Part shown: piece after piece, positions 40,925 through 53,420 of the stretch
Position numbering within the stretch: the stretch's first letter is position 1
Layout: every line of letters begins with the position of its first letter
Assembly (NCBI GenBank): GCA_964016885.1
Contig: OZ024742.1
Location: forward strand, 107,074,001-107,138,000
Reading direction: 5' to 3'
DNA: 64,000 nt
DNA from: Eledone cirrhosa
Taxonomy: Eukaryota
Translations under genes and position numbers: made by a program
The notes under the pieces: model-generated
Database searches by the model: none
What the model saw: the letters and a program-made list of their open reading frames with translations, nothing else
Told to the model about the DNA's origin: nothing

Positions 40925-41560
40925 TTAGCAGATAGACCACATGATGTACCCAGGGTCATGAAAACCGAGTTTCCTGTCCACATCATGGTTTTTGGCATGA
41001 TCAGCAATGAGGAATCTGTCATACGCCCTCACATCTTTAATGTGGGTCTGAAGGTGAACCAGGATGTGTACCAAGGGTTCTGCAGACTGTGCTGAAACCA
41101 TGGATTAAAGAGGTGGTAGAGGGAAGACCTTATGTGTTCCAGCAAGATTCTGCACCACACACAAAGCCAGGAAGACTCAAAAGTGGCTCTCAGGCAACTT
41201 TTACAACCATGTCAGCCAAGATATGTGGCCACCTAACTCTCCAGACTGCAATCCTCTGGACTATTTTTTCAGGGGCACAGCTGAGAGAGTCACCAACAAG
41301 ACTGCCTGCAACACCAAGGAGCTGAAGCAGCACATCTGCTAGGCATTCCAAGATTCTTTAGCTGCAACTGTGAAACACACATGTTCCCAATTCCGAGGTC
41401 ACCTCGAGGAGGTTATTAAATCTAGTGAGGGTTATATTGAATAATTATGTAGTAAACAGGCCTAGGAACTTTGAATTTTCAATAAATCTTAAAAGATAAA
41501 GATTTTATGCTTTTTTTTCCTGAACTGTCAGCTGTGCCAATTTTACACCTACACCCTGTA
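40925..41560 (+). mobile_element. Tc1/mariner DD37D (maT-type) transposon, 3' half with right end
   Basis: IMVFGMISNE..PHIFNVGLKVNQDVY..VLKPWIKEVVEGRPYVFQQDSAPxHKARKTQKWL...WPPNSPDCNPLDY. There are 37 residues between the two D residues after correcting one frameshift. Stop at 41442-41444. The end CACCCTG is followed by TA at 41559-41560. Confidence 0.85.
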
Positions 41561-43153
41561 TGTATATGTGTTATATATATATATAAAACACCCCTACCCC
41601 ATGCTAAGCAGAGAGGGTCATCAGATGGGACTATAGCCAACAACCTCTTGAGTGATGGTGATACAAAAATGCACCTGGTACACCCTGTAAGGTAGTTGGC
41701 AACAGGAAAGGCACCTTGCTATAGAAAACATGTCTAAAAGGATTAAGAAGACTCTTCCTTAATGTCAATGACACAACAACCTCTTGTGTTGGCGATCTAT
41801 GCAATAAACGCACGCAGTACACACTGTAAACTTGTTGATGAAAGGAAGGGCATCCAGCCATAGAAAGCTTTCCAGACAAAGGGTTACGGCAACCATTCAG
41901 TTATGTTAAGGACATGACAGCCTCCCTAGCATTGGTGATCTACTTGATAAAAAGCACCCATTACACAATGTAAAAGTGGTTGGTGATAGGAAGGACATCT
42001 TGACATAGAATGTTTTCTAAACAAATGATTTGGGAGGACCTTCCAGTTGTGTCAAAGACACGAGAACCTCTAGTGCTGATGCCACAATAAAATGCATTTG
42101 GTAGAATGCAAAACCGTATTTAACTGAGATGTCAGAGAGAGACCTCACTTCTGTACAGCCTCAGTCTATGACGACCCATCCAACCCTTACTAGTAAGGAA
42201 CCAATGCCTTTTCATTATAGTTCTATTGAGTGAGATCTGACATGGAATTAAGCACAACATCATAGATGTAAAACAAATACTTGTGGAAACAAGTTGAAAT
42301 GACATGGCTCGCCATTGAGATTCTACTTCTTCAATATACCCTCTCTGTATCTCATTATGCATTGAATACTATCCTGATTTGTGGTTTTCACAGACTTTGT
42401 ACTGCAAACACTCCATATATTTTTTTAACTGAAACATTTTTGTAACTGTAAAGTATCAACAACTGGTATTGACTGTTGGTTACTGGAATGTCTGTCCCTG
42501 AAACTAATAAAGAAAACTCAGGCAAAGTACTTTTCACAGACATGTGCAAAGACCATAAATCTTGACTGTGTAATGTTTATCAAACAGTCAGCCTTATGTT
42601 TATTATACATCTGTAAGAAGCTATTTCAATTAGTTGACAGAATATTTGTATTTCAGATTTACAATGAAAGACCTACACATACTTAGACAAATGCACGTGT
42701 GCACAGCTTTTTCTTTGGGAATAGATACAACACAAATTTTTGAAGGTGAGGATCTACAATGACACACACACATACATATACATGCACGTATGTATGTATA
42801 TATAAATGTATGTACACACACAAACTATTACATAATCATTATGATTTTTACATCCAATTTTCCATTGCTGGTATGAATTGGATTGGATGTTTGAAGACAC
42901 TGTTTTAGAGCTGAATGCCCTTCTAAATACCAACCCTTTTAGTCGCCTCTTACATTTATATATACATAGAAACATACACATTCCACGGCTGAATGCCCTT
43001 ACTAATGCCAACCACATTGACAGTGTGTGCTGGGTGCTTTTTGCCATGCCTTTTACATGTCCACTTTACAGCATGGGCTGGGTGTTTATATATATATATA
43101 TATTAAAAAGAACAATGAAGTTTCATTTACATGTATTTCAATTTTCATTGTTT

Positions 43154-43248
43154 ATCGACCTGTTACGTTTTGCAGCGGATTGGCTCAGGGTCGCCCATAG
43201 AATTTACGGACCTGATTCCAATATCGATCTGCTCTTCAGATTGGCGAT
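43154..43248 (-). ncRNA. Degenerate minimal hammerhead ribozyme (Penelope-like element relic)
   Basis: CUGAAGA-GCAG..(long stem II)..CUGC-AAAA (G12>A)-CG-UA with palindromic ACGU stem III. Flanked by (TA)n on both sides. Confidence 0.55.
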
Positions 43249-44439
43249 GTGATATATATATACACACACACATCTATTTATATACACATTTATATATACG
43301 CATATATACAAACATACTCAAATACATACATTCAGAAAGAAACATTGCAGATGTGCTTTGAACAGTGAAAAGGTTGCTAGGCTAAGTGTATGGAGACACA
43401 ATAGACCAACTTCAATAGTTGGATACTTTTTCCACACACACACAGCGGTGTCACTTAGTATGAAGATCAGTGTATACTGATGACTAAACATTAATTATTT
43501 CTATTTATTTAATGACATACAATTCAGAATATATATGCATAAAAATGAAAGTTTAAATATGAGGACTTTAATTAGCATAATGCAATTATGAACACTATCA
43601 AAAAAGTCACAAAATTGAACATCAACTTTAAAAGATTTTAGAAAAAAATTTCAATTTTAATGTTTTATTCATACTTTATCTAAGTAAAACAAACTATAAG
43701 TGTTTGTCATAAATTCCCTTTTTGACATGGTTTCTATAGGTCCTCCAACTCTAGAATGGATGCCAACCACTTTGCAGTGTGTACGAAGTGCATTTTTATT
43801 GTGCACCAGCACTACCACCTGATATAGTGGACTGGATATTTTTTATTATAGTACCAGGATTTTAAAGGGTGAGCTAGATGCATTTTACTGTGACACCAAC
43901 CATAACATTTTACAGAGTGGGTTAAGTGCAATTTATTCTGAAATTTATCTCTTAATGTCCTCTACCACATGAAAACACAGCTGTAAAACATTCTCAAAGT
44001 ACAAAAGAACAATTAACTCTTTAATAACTAATTATGTAATTAACAACCATTACACAGAATATTATTTTTAGCATAATTGACTGCATCTTATTAAATATTA
44101 ATATCTTTAGTCAAATACTACAAATGTTTACAGCAATCTGTTTATAAGTAAAGATACTATCATTTGAATTAACAAACCTGTTTTTACACATCTGCTAAAT
44201 CATAACAGGATGTTAAAAGCATAACTGATTAACTAGAAGCAGTAAATGTACCACTAGTACTGATTTAATCAACAATAGGACATGAAAATGTATGTCAAAC
44301 AGAGTAAGATTTGAACTCACAACAGTAATCTAAGCACATTGGATTTAGATGACTACAATCAAATCAGATCTTAAATTAGAATATACTGTAGTCCTTTAAA
44401 AAATTACACTAATTGCAAATGAAACATTACAACTTTGTC

Positions 44440-44832
44440 AGTGGATTGGCGGTATTGGTAGAGAGTCGGACGTCATGCTTTGACGCATAGAGTTACGGCC
44501 CTTTCCATTCTGAGTTCAAATCCTGCCGAGGTCAACTTTGTCTTTCATCCTTACGGGGTCGATAAAATAAAGTCCCAGTAATGTACTGGGTAATTGCTGG
44601 CCTTGTGCCAAAAGTAGAAACAATTATTTCTATACTTAATGGCAGTGGATTGGCAGAATCGGTAAAGCGTCAGACACCATGCTTTGCAGCATAGAGTTAT
44701 GGTCCTTTATGTTCTGAGTTCAAATCCCGCCGAGGTTAACTTTGCCTTTCATCCTTACGGGGGTCGATAAAATAAAGTACCAGTAATGCACTGGGGTAAT
44801 TGCTGGCCTTGTGCCAAAGGTATAAACAATTA
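44440..44832 (+). mobile_element. Head-to-tail dimer of SINE family A
   Basis: Two near-complete copies with A/B boxes. The second is flanked by the repeated TATACTTAAT. Confidence 0.9.
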
Positions 44833-45562
44833 TTTTTATACTTAATATCCTATTTGCATTGTTGTAGCCCTGTAAAGAAACAGTTTTCTACACTTTCCTT
44901 GAAACTACAACATCCTCATAGATCTTAAGTTGATACCATTGGAATTGCAACTGGTTAACAATCTCCCTGTTAGACATCTGTGATCTCAGAGCATGGCTGA
45001 CTTCTGTTCGTGATGTTTGAGATTCAATGATTGTAACCATCTCAATTCATCTCGTGTGAACACCAACCAACACAAGTAAAAACTTAGTAAAGGAAGTAAA
45101 CACACACAAGATACCATTTGATCTGTTAGCACACACTGCAATACTTTGAAGCAAATAGGATGCTCAATAAAACAAAAATATCTCCATAAATTCTCTATTG
45201 TTTTTAAAAAGTAGGGGCAGTGAATTGATAGAGCCGTTAGAACATCGGATAGAATGCTTTGTAGTATTTATTCTGGCTTTCTGTACTCTGAATTCAAAGC
45301 CCACTGAAGTCAACTTTGCCTTTCATCCTTTCGAGGTTGATAAATAAAATACCAATCCTATACTGGGGTTGATTCTCTCTCTCTCTCTGCTCTAGAAGAA
45401 ATCAAATGTGTTCAGATGAGGAGGGATGGGCTCCACCAGGCTTAAAATGTCACCACAGACCCCTACAACTCCACCTGGAGCAAAAAGATGACTATCACAT
45501 GGTCACTGAACATGCTAGAGCTAGTAGCCAAATCTCCCCGAAATAACCATCTGGATACACTT

Positions 45563-45742
45563 CATCATCATCATCATCATTTTACATCCACTTTTCCCTA
45601 CTTGCAAGGGTGGGACGGGTCCTTTTCAGCACAGCATCTCTCCACTTGTCACGGTCCTTCGTCATCTCCTCTGTGAGCTTCAACGATCTGAGGTCTGCTC
45701 TCACCACCTCAACCCATGTTTTTCGTGGTCTTCCTAAACCTA
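45563..45742 (-). mobile_element. RTE LINE 3' end (short-3'UTR family)
   Basis: LGRPRKTWVEVVRADLRSLKLTEEMTKDRDKWRDAVLKRTRPTLASREKWM* runs directly into (GAT)n. Confidence 0.85.
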
Positions 45743-46209
45743 AATACAGTGTCTGACTAAAAAGTAGGATTGTCAGAGCTGGAATGCCTTTGATCATAAG
45801 ACTGACCAATTACCTCTGAATAGTCAAAGACACAACTATATAAATAATACTAATGCCAATGTTTGAAACATTTCGATACCAAACTGCCACTGGCTCTACA
45901 ATACAAGACTGTTTTAAAGTGTTTATATTTATATAAAAACTTCAATCATAATTTTATGTAAGGATATTTTTAAAGTTATGTTTCCAACACTAAATAATGA
46001 GAAGATTAGTTTTATTAAAAAATCCCTGCAAATTGATTATTTTCAAAATTATTTCAGAATCATAAGTAGTACCTTTCTCTAAAAATATGGTAATGAAGGG
46101 TTCTTCTTTGCCCACTTATTCCTAAGATTGTGGATACAAGTGGCTGAAATAGGGTTTTTCTGAAGGGTGCTTGGAGTAACATTACTCGATAGAGTATGTA
46201 GCTCAGAGA

Positions 46210-46452
46210 GTCACTCCAGGTAGAGCTACTACTTCTCTGAATTGAGAGATCACAGCGCCAATACTATGAGTAAAAGTCTCAGGAAAGAATCGCTGGACTG
46301 AACCAACCAGCAAGAGACCCAGGAGCAGACCCTGAGCAAGATGGTTGGATAACATCCATGAGCTTGGCAGGTTGCGCTTAGGATAGGACCCGCTTGAAGG
46401 AGTGTTTGAGGACTCTACCCCCACGACCCTGAGGAGGAGAAGAAGAAGAAGC
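46210..46452 (+). mobile_element. RTE-type LINE 3' end with (GAA)n tail
   Basis: PTSKRPRSRP*ARWLDNIHELGR..., ending GGAGAAGAAGAAGAAG. Confidence 0.65.
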
Positions 46453-48554
46453 CTCTCCAAAAGACATCAGTGATATTACATAGGTGAAAACAGTCATATA
46501 AATGTGATTATAAAATCTTCACTTCAGTTCTGTCTTGTTTGTTTATTTAGTGATTTTTAACCTCAAATTAAGAAAAAGAAGAAACAAACTGCATAGAACA
46601 AACAGGAGAAAGAAGATATTGATGATAGTAAGGTGAAAAAGAAACAGAGACAAAAACTTAAAGAAAGAAATAACGAAAGCATATTTTCTCTTCAACAGAG
46701 AATTACTCTCAATGAATTGAAATAGGGGTGCAAACCTTTTTTTTAAAGAAACAACAACAGATATATTTTAGAGTAGAGAGTAGTGGAGGTTGTGGAAAAG
46801 CATGCAGCACCATAGCAACTATTGTAAGGGATTTTTTTTTTAAAGTAATGAGGATGATGCAGAGGGATAAGGGAATAAGGAGGGAGACTTGAACATTCTA
46901 TATATAGCATACACATGCATTAAGATGTATGTAGCAGAAGTGGGGTTCTCTTTGTTGGAAAGGTACAGGCAGGCACATACATGAATACATATATATATAC
47001 ATACATATGCACACATTACACACACATTTATATAATATGTATGTATATATGTTATTTATTTATACACACACACAGAGCAACAGCAGCAGCAGCAGATGTC
47101 TGAGGAAGCAGCATTACAGTTATATCAAACACTTATCTAACTATATACCCTCCCTCCATCCATCCACCTATCCTATGGCACTCTCACACAAGTTATCTTT
47201 ATTCTCGGAAATTTCCTGTTAGCAAATCGACATGTTTGGTCGTTGTTATTGTTGCTGTTATTTACTGTTGTTGCTGTTGATTATTGTTGTTGATTCTTCT
47301 TTTACGACACATAACTCATTGCCAGTAAAATGTGAGTAGCTGGCAATGGAAGCTAAATGAAATCAATAAAACAGTGACAAATGGGTTCAGTTATTATTAT
47401 TATTATAAATACTATCATCATAATTATTATTATGTAAGGTCGGTGGATTAGCATATCAGTAGAGCATTGAACAAAATATTTTGCAGTATTTAGTTACAAA
47501 ATTCTATGTTCTGAATTTAAATCCCACTGAGGTTAAAGTAAAGTACCAGCTAAATACTAGGGGGTCAAAATAATCGATTTTCCCCTTCCTCCAAATTGCT
47601 ATCCTTGTGTCAATGTTAGAAAGAATTATTATTATTATTATTATTATTATTTATGTTTTCTTTTATCTTCAATACCATATTTGTTTGTTGATTTGTTTAT
47701 AGCAGACCTCAGTGCTAAAAGAACAATCCACGCAGACATTCAATCACACATAAATAAACTAGTATTTAGATAAAGAGCAGTAAGCGCCAACTGCAAAGAA
47801 AGACAAAGAGGTTTCCCTTTGAGGTCGAGACAAGAATCCAACAGTAGCAGCATGGCTGTTAACATCAACAGACTTGGATGGGGATATGCAGCTGGGAGAC
47901 TGACAGAGAGACATAGACAGACAGACAGTCAGTCAGTCAGAAACAGACTGACAGAGAGAGATAGACAAACATACAGAAAGGGAGTTGGAACTAGTATTTA
48001 GATGAAAATAAATATACACATTATATATTTATGTATATTAAACAGATGTAAAAATACACTTTCCTTGTTTAATCTAGTGGGATATTTGAAAGTTTTGCAG
48101 AACCTATACAAGAACCAATTCTTTTTAAATATTATTTAAAAATAAAAAAAATATCACTTGAAATAAAATATCTGATGGAAATTTAAATATAAAGGAAAAA
48201 CTGCTTCAACACTTTAAAACTGCATGAAAACACCCCTGGTTCTATGACACAAAACTGATTTTTTTAAGGTGTTTATATTTATCTAAAAAACCTTCCATCA
48301 TAATTTTATGTAAGAACCTTTGTTAAATTATGTTCCAGATATCGGCTTAAAAATTATAGATAATGAAATATGGTAATGAAACATAAAAAGAAATATGATG
48401 AAAAAAATGTTTATCCAATTTTATACAAAAAAAACAACTCAATTCTCAGTTTTTTTTTCATATATAAGATTGATCTGCTGCTGTTACAACAGTTTCCATG
48501 GTAACTTTATTATGTATGAGAGGTATGTGTGCAGTAAAATGAAAGAAGGTTTAA

Positions 48555-48780
48555 CCCTTTCAGTGCCAACCCGCTTGAGACCACCCATGATTCTATGCTA
48601 TAAAATCTCTCATCATACATTGTCTAAATTTAAATTAAAAGCTTCCTTCATAATTTTATGTTCAGAATCGTTATGTTCAAAACACTAATTTAATAATGGA
48701 AAGTTAGGTATTTTACTTAATCCATCTAAATTCTTGGTTATTTGCAAAATTATTTGAATCAATAATATGTAATGAAAGGG
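48555..48780. mobile_element. piggyBac-type MITE
   Basis: TTAA TSDs at 48551-48554 and 48781-48784. TIRs CCCTTTCA/TGAAAGGG. Confidence 0.85.
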
Positions 48781-48966
48781 TTAAGATAAGATTTCTTTCC
48801 AAATGCCAACCAACTATAGTCATAGCTTTTGATGCCAAACTACTTAAAACCACTCCTGGTTCTATGATACAAAGCTATTTACTTTTAAATATTTATATTT
48901 ATCTAAAAACCTTCCAGCATATTTTTATAGCAGAACCTTTGCATGTTCCAAGCACCAGCTTATTAA

Positions 48967-49147
48967 CCCTTTAGCATTTACATTACTCTATAGTTACTAT
49001 AGTATTTTTGTGGTAAAGGATTTATCTCACATAATATCGAATTTACGAAATTTTGGTGTTATTTATTTAAGAACAATACCTTAACATCAGTATGAGCAGC
49101 CGGTTATAGTCAGTTTGAAAAGAAAGAGGTGAGAGAATGCTAAAGGG
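48967..49147. mobile_element. piggyBac-type MITE (second family)
   Basis: TTAA TSDs and perfect 12-bp TIRs CCCTTTAGCATT/AATGCTAAAGGG. Confidence 0.9.
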
Positions 49148-49177
49148 TTAATGGAAAAGTTAGATATATTACTAAAT

Positions 49178-49505
49178 TTTTCGTGGCGCCTACACATCCA
49201 CTTTACAGTGTGGGCTGGGTGCTTTTTTGCCGTGGCACCTCCACGACCACCTTGCGGTGGGGTGTGTGGGGGCATATTGTCTATATGCTTCAGCATGTAC
49301 CCATGGGAGGTCGGGTACTCTGTATTACTGCGTGACGCCAGAAGTCACGGTCGTGTGTCATTGCCTTTGAGAGGTGTAATTGGGTAAGGTCGGCTTTTAT
49401 CACCTCATCCCAGGTCATCTTGGGTCTCCCCACTCCGCGGTTTCCATCAACTTCTAGTGCTCTGCACCTTTTTAAGCAGCTGTCATCCTTCATACGCATC
49501 ACATC
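49178..49505 (-). mobile_element. RTE LINE ORF2 end plus partial 3'UTR
   Basis: ORF 49290-49502: MRMKDDSCLKRCRALEVDGNRGVGRPKMTWDEVIKADL...FWRHAV. Confidence 0.85.
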
Positions 49506-49553
49506 ACATCCGCATCACATCACATATATATGTATATATATATAAATGAATAT

Positions 49554-49737
49554 GGGAATGAGTAGGACCCCGACGGCTGAGCCCAAGCCGCCTCGACGGC
49601 CAACTCTGGACTAAATTTTAGTCCAGAATTAGCCGTCGAAACGGCCCGAGCTCAGCCATCAGGTAGCTCCACTACCCTACGTATTGAGTACTTTGGTGCG
49701 TTATGGTCCACCTGGTTCCTTACCACATTTCCTTCAT
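49554..49737. other. GC-rich hairpin-containing insert flanked by 13-bp direct repeats
   Basis: TATAAATGAATAT at 49541-49553 and 49738-49750. A 47-bp inverted repeat lies at 49569-49663. Confidence 0.75.
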
Positions 49738-49904
49738 TATAAATGAATATATATATGTATATATGTATCATCATCATCATCATCATCGTTTAATGTCCAG
49801 GTTCCACGCTTGCATGGGTATCATCATCATTTAATGTCTTTTCCAAGTATGCATGGGTTAGATGGTTTGTCTATGGTTGAGTAACCTTCCTAATACCAAC
49901 AACA

Positions 49905-50172
49905 TGGGTGCTTTTTGTCACTGCACCAGCATTACAACTTTACAGAGTAAACTGGGTGTCTTGTCATTGCACCAGCACTACTACTTTATAAGGTTAACTG
50001 GGTATTTTTTGTCATTGTACCAGCACTACTACTTTACAGGGTGAACTGGGTGTAATTTGTCATTGTACCAGCACTACTACTTCACAGGATGAACTGTGTG
50101 TATGTTTTTGTGGCACCAGCACTACTACTTTACAGAGTGAGCTGGGTGTATATTTTGTGGCAGCAGCACTGG
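49905..50172. repeat. ~47-bp tandem repeat x ~5-6 within an RTE/SINE-type 3' region
   Basis: Unit CTGGGTG..TTTGTCATTG(C/T)ACCAGCACTACTACTTTACAG.GTGAA. Confidence 0.85.
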
Positions 50173-51037
50173 AGAGGCATTGATGGTAATGATTTGTGTA
50201 TAATCAAAAATTGTAATCTTGCCATGTAAAGAAGATAGAAGAAAAAATATTTCTTCTAGTTTATATTAACTGTTCTTTTTTTTTTTATTGCCACAATTAG
50301 AAAAAAGATAAAATAAAAAAATGTTTCTAAGAAACCTGCAAATTGACAAAATGTTTTCATATACAATATTCCTTTTCTTTTTCCTTCTCCAATTGAAACT
50401 TATTTAGTGGAATTATCAAAATATATGTGGGGAGGGGGTGTATTTTTTGGTATTGTTTCTTTTTACATATTTCTTTGTTAGTTCTTGGCATTTTTCTTCA
50501 ATTCTGATAATAAAATCATCAGTTTAATAGGACACCTCTGTTATCAAAGTAGATTAGTGAGGAGGAAGAGAGAGTGGAGAAATATAAAACCCTATTCAAA
50601 CTGATAAGAAGAACAGATAACCACAATAACCTTGAATTAATCTTTTGCCAGCTCTTCAAGAGTTGGCTGAAACCATGCTAGAAATTAAGTAGAGGAAGAG
50701 GAAATGAAGGATGAGAAGTGTATATATTTTATTTCTAAACATTAAAGAAACAAAACTCTCTTTCTCTCTCTCTCAATAAAAAATATATATATATCTCCAT
50801 CCTTCTCTCACACATTCTAATTCAGCCTCACTCAGAGGTTAGTGAGAGGAAATACACCCTGTTAAAGGAGTTTTGGACAAAATCATTATATTCAAAACTC
50901 TGAAGACAAACCCCCAAACAGAAATGGATAGGATATGACAGATAGTCTACTAAAATGATAAAATAAAATCCAAGAAACTGCAGAAGAATATATATTAAGC
51001 TTAAACATGGCTTGGAGGGGTAAAGACTGCAATTATG

Positions 51038-51255
51038 TTAAACCTTTCATGACTGCATTTCTAATGAAATACAGTATTTTAATTAATTAATGAAGTATTT
51101 TAAGGGGTTTACTAAAATTAATAATGATTTCATTAGTAAGTAACTTAATGTAAGGTTCTGAAAGATTTTAATTTAAAATGGAAACCTTTAAAATGGGTGG
51201 TTTTATTTCATAGAACCAGAGCCGGTTTGGGCCAGGTTGGTAACTAAAAGGTTAA
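51038..51255. mobile_element. piggyBac-type MITE (degenerate, opposite orientation to 48555)
   Basis: TTAAACCTTT...AAAAGGTTAA ends. Contains CATAGAACCAGAG, the reverse of the family motif CTCTGGTTCTATG. Confidence 0.65.
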
Positions 51256-52158
51256 ATCTAACCAGGCAGTATAACAAGTCATGAAGTTGACTATAAAATA
51301 AAATATAGTACTAGTTTACTAGTTAAGTACTAATGTCAATATAATTGACTTCCCCCTTCCCCCAAATTGCTGGCCATGTGCTAATGTTAGAAATAATTAT
51401 TATCAATAGAATTTTTAAGGCTATGGGTTGGCAGTGTCATGAGAGCATACAACAAGATGCCATGTGGTATTTTGTTCCAGCTCTTTACGTTCAAATCAAG
51501 CCAAAGCCTTCTGAGATCGATAGAATATCAATAAAGTCCTGGGGTTAAATTAATCGACTTCCCTCTCCTTCCAAATTACTGACCTTGTGCCAATATTAGA
51601 AATAGTCATTATTGCCACTACTTTTAAGGGTGGTGGACAGCATGTGGTTTCATGCAATACAGAATGTTAAGAGTTAATAACCAATCAACATAAACACAAC
51701 TACATAAAAAAAACAGTCATGCCACCCCAATTCAATTGGTTGATTTAATTAAGAGAGGAAACTGTTGGCTACCAAGGTGGAGATATGAAGCAACTTCAGA
51801 TCTTATTCAGAAATATTGTCTAACAAACAGTTGCAATAGAACTCCAACACGTTGACAGATACCTCACTCTGCCCAGTTGTTTAGCAATGACCTTTCCCAA
51901 GCTTTCTGTTAACAGGAGACACAGCAAATTACTGATGTCCTGTAACTAGGCTCACAGGATAAGAAGGAAAAAGTACATACAACAATTTTTTTTTAAATCA
52001 TTACTATCTCCATTTTCTTTTTCTTTTAAATTAGCACTGCCATGCATAATTAATTTAATGTCGTCTCTGCTGAATGAGATTAGTGAAATAGTTTTGAAAT
52101 GTCTTTTATGAGTCAAGACAATGGAAGGAGACACACACAAGTGTGTGTGTGTGTAATG

Positions 52159-52190
<32 letters not shown>

Positions 52191-52210
52191 TTGAAAGTTG
52201 AAGGTTAAAT

Positions 52211-52421
52211 TGAATTAGTAGCTTTCGTTATGTTTTTAACCTAAAAAATTAGTGTAATATCAGGTTATATAAGCCCCCAGGATGGAAAATATGGGTATCA
52301 GCACACATGGGAATCGAATCCATGTGTGCTGATGCCCATTTTTTTCTGTCCTGGCGGTTTATATGCCCTGTTATTTAGCTATTTTCTGTAGTAAAATAAT
52401 ACACCAAAAGCTACTAATTCA
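52211..52421. repeat. Foldback/palindromic element (~210 bp) between microsatellites
   Basis: TGAATTAGTAGCTTT...CCAGGATGGAAAATATGGGTATCAGCACACATGG pairs with CCATGTGTGCTGATGCCCAT...TCCTGG...AAAGCTACTAATTCA. Confidence 0.85.
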
Positions 52422-52584
52422 TTTCAAATGATGCCGTCTTCTAAAATGCAGGTAATTGTTGCATATATATGTGTGTATATATATATATCATCTCTGTTTA
52501 ACGTCCATTTTCCATGCTAGCGTGTGTGTGTGTGTGTGTGGTTTGTGGTGTGTGTGTGTGCATACATATATGCATGATGCAGTC

Positions 52585-52888
52585 CCACCAGAAAATTTGT
52601 CAATGCCTCCTTCACCTCCTGCCTGCCTTAACTCAAATCTGATTCCCCTGAAGCTGTCTTTCATGTATGTGAACAAGGAGCCAGGTCAGAGCTGTAGGAT
52701 AGATGTTCTACCATTTTCATTCCCCCGTTGGTCATCCAGGTGGTGACCAGCATTGGCTTATGGCATGGGGCATTGTTCTGATGGAACCACCATTCTCCAC
52801 TGCTGTGATCTCTTCTTCCTCATCCTCTCCCAGAACCATTTTAGAACTGCAAAGTAATACTCCTTATTGACAGTTTGGCCCTCAGGCA
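52585..52888 (-). pseudogene. mariner (DD34D-type) transposase relic
   Basis: PEGQTVNKEYYFAVLKWFWERMRKKR...FHQNNAPCHK...MVEHLSYSSDLAPC...MKDSFRGIRFE, corresponding to GxTVNxxYY, HHDNAPxH and PYSPDLAP motifs. Confidence 0.8.
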
Positions 52889-53009
52889 TCTATAGCTGCC
52901 CATGCATGACGATCACAGACATCCAGAACAGACATCATATTTGAGAGGACCAGGTATTAGCACAAGATCTGACTTGATCATATCAATCCAAATTTTCAAC
53001 TGTCTACCT

Positions 53010-53420
53010 TTGCTCATGTAGAGCTGTAGTATGCTCTTATTAGGTCTAGCAACTTCACAAGTAGCCCATCTGTGATCATGATGTCCCAGAGTATGCTGCA
53101 GGTCACATAATCAAAACCTGCAGCTAAGTTGATAAAGAAGGTGATTGTTTGAAAAAAGTTTTGGAACAAAGCAGCAAAGTGAAGATTTGATTTGTTCAGA
53201 TTCAGGCTCTGATGAAAACCACACTGATTTGGTTGGAGGCATTCATCATGATCCTTTTGAAATCTTTGTCGGAGAATGGTGGTGAATATCTTGGCTGCAA
53301 TATCTATCAAACTGATGCCCCAGTAGTTATTGCAACATCACTCATCACACTTCTTGAAGAAAGGGAGAAAAACTGCATCACATCAATCTTGTGGAAAAGA
53401 TTCTGCATCCCAGATGTGTG
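53010..53420 (-). pseudogene. RTE-type LINE reverse transcriptase relic (domains 1-3)
   Basis: NNYWGISLIDIAAKIFTTILRQRFQ....LQPNQCGF...FFINLAAGFDYV..SILWDIM..DG...KLLDLIRAYYS. Confidence 0.8.
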
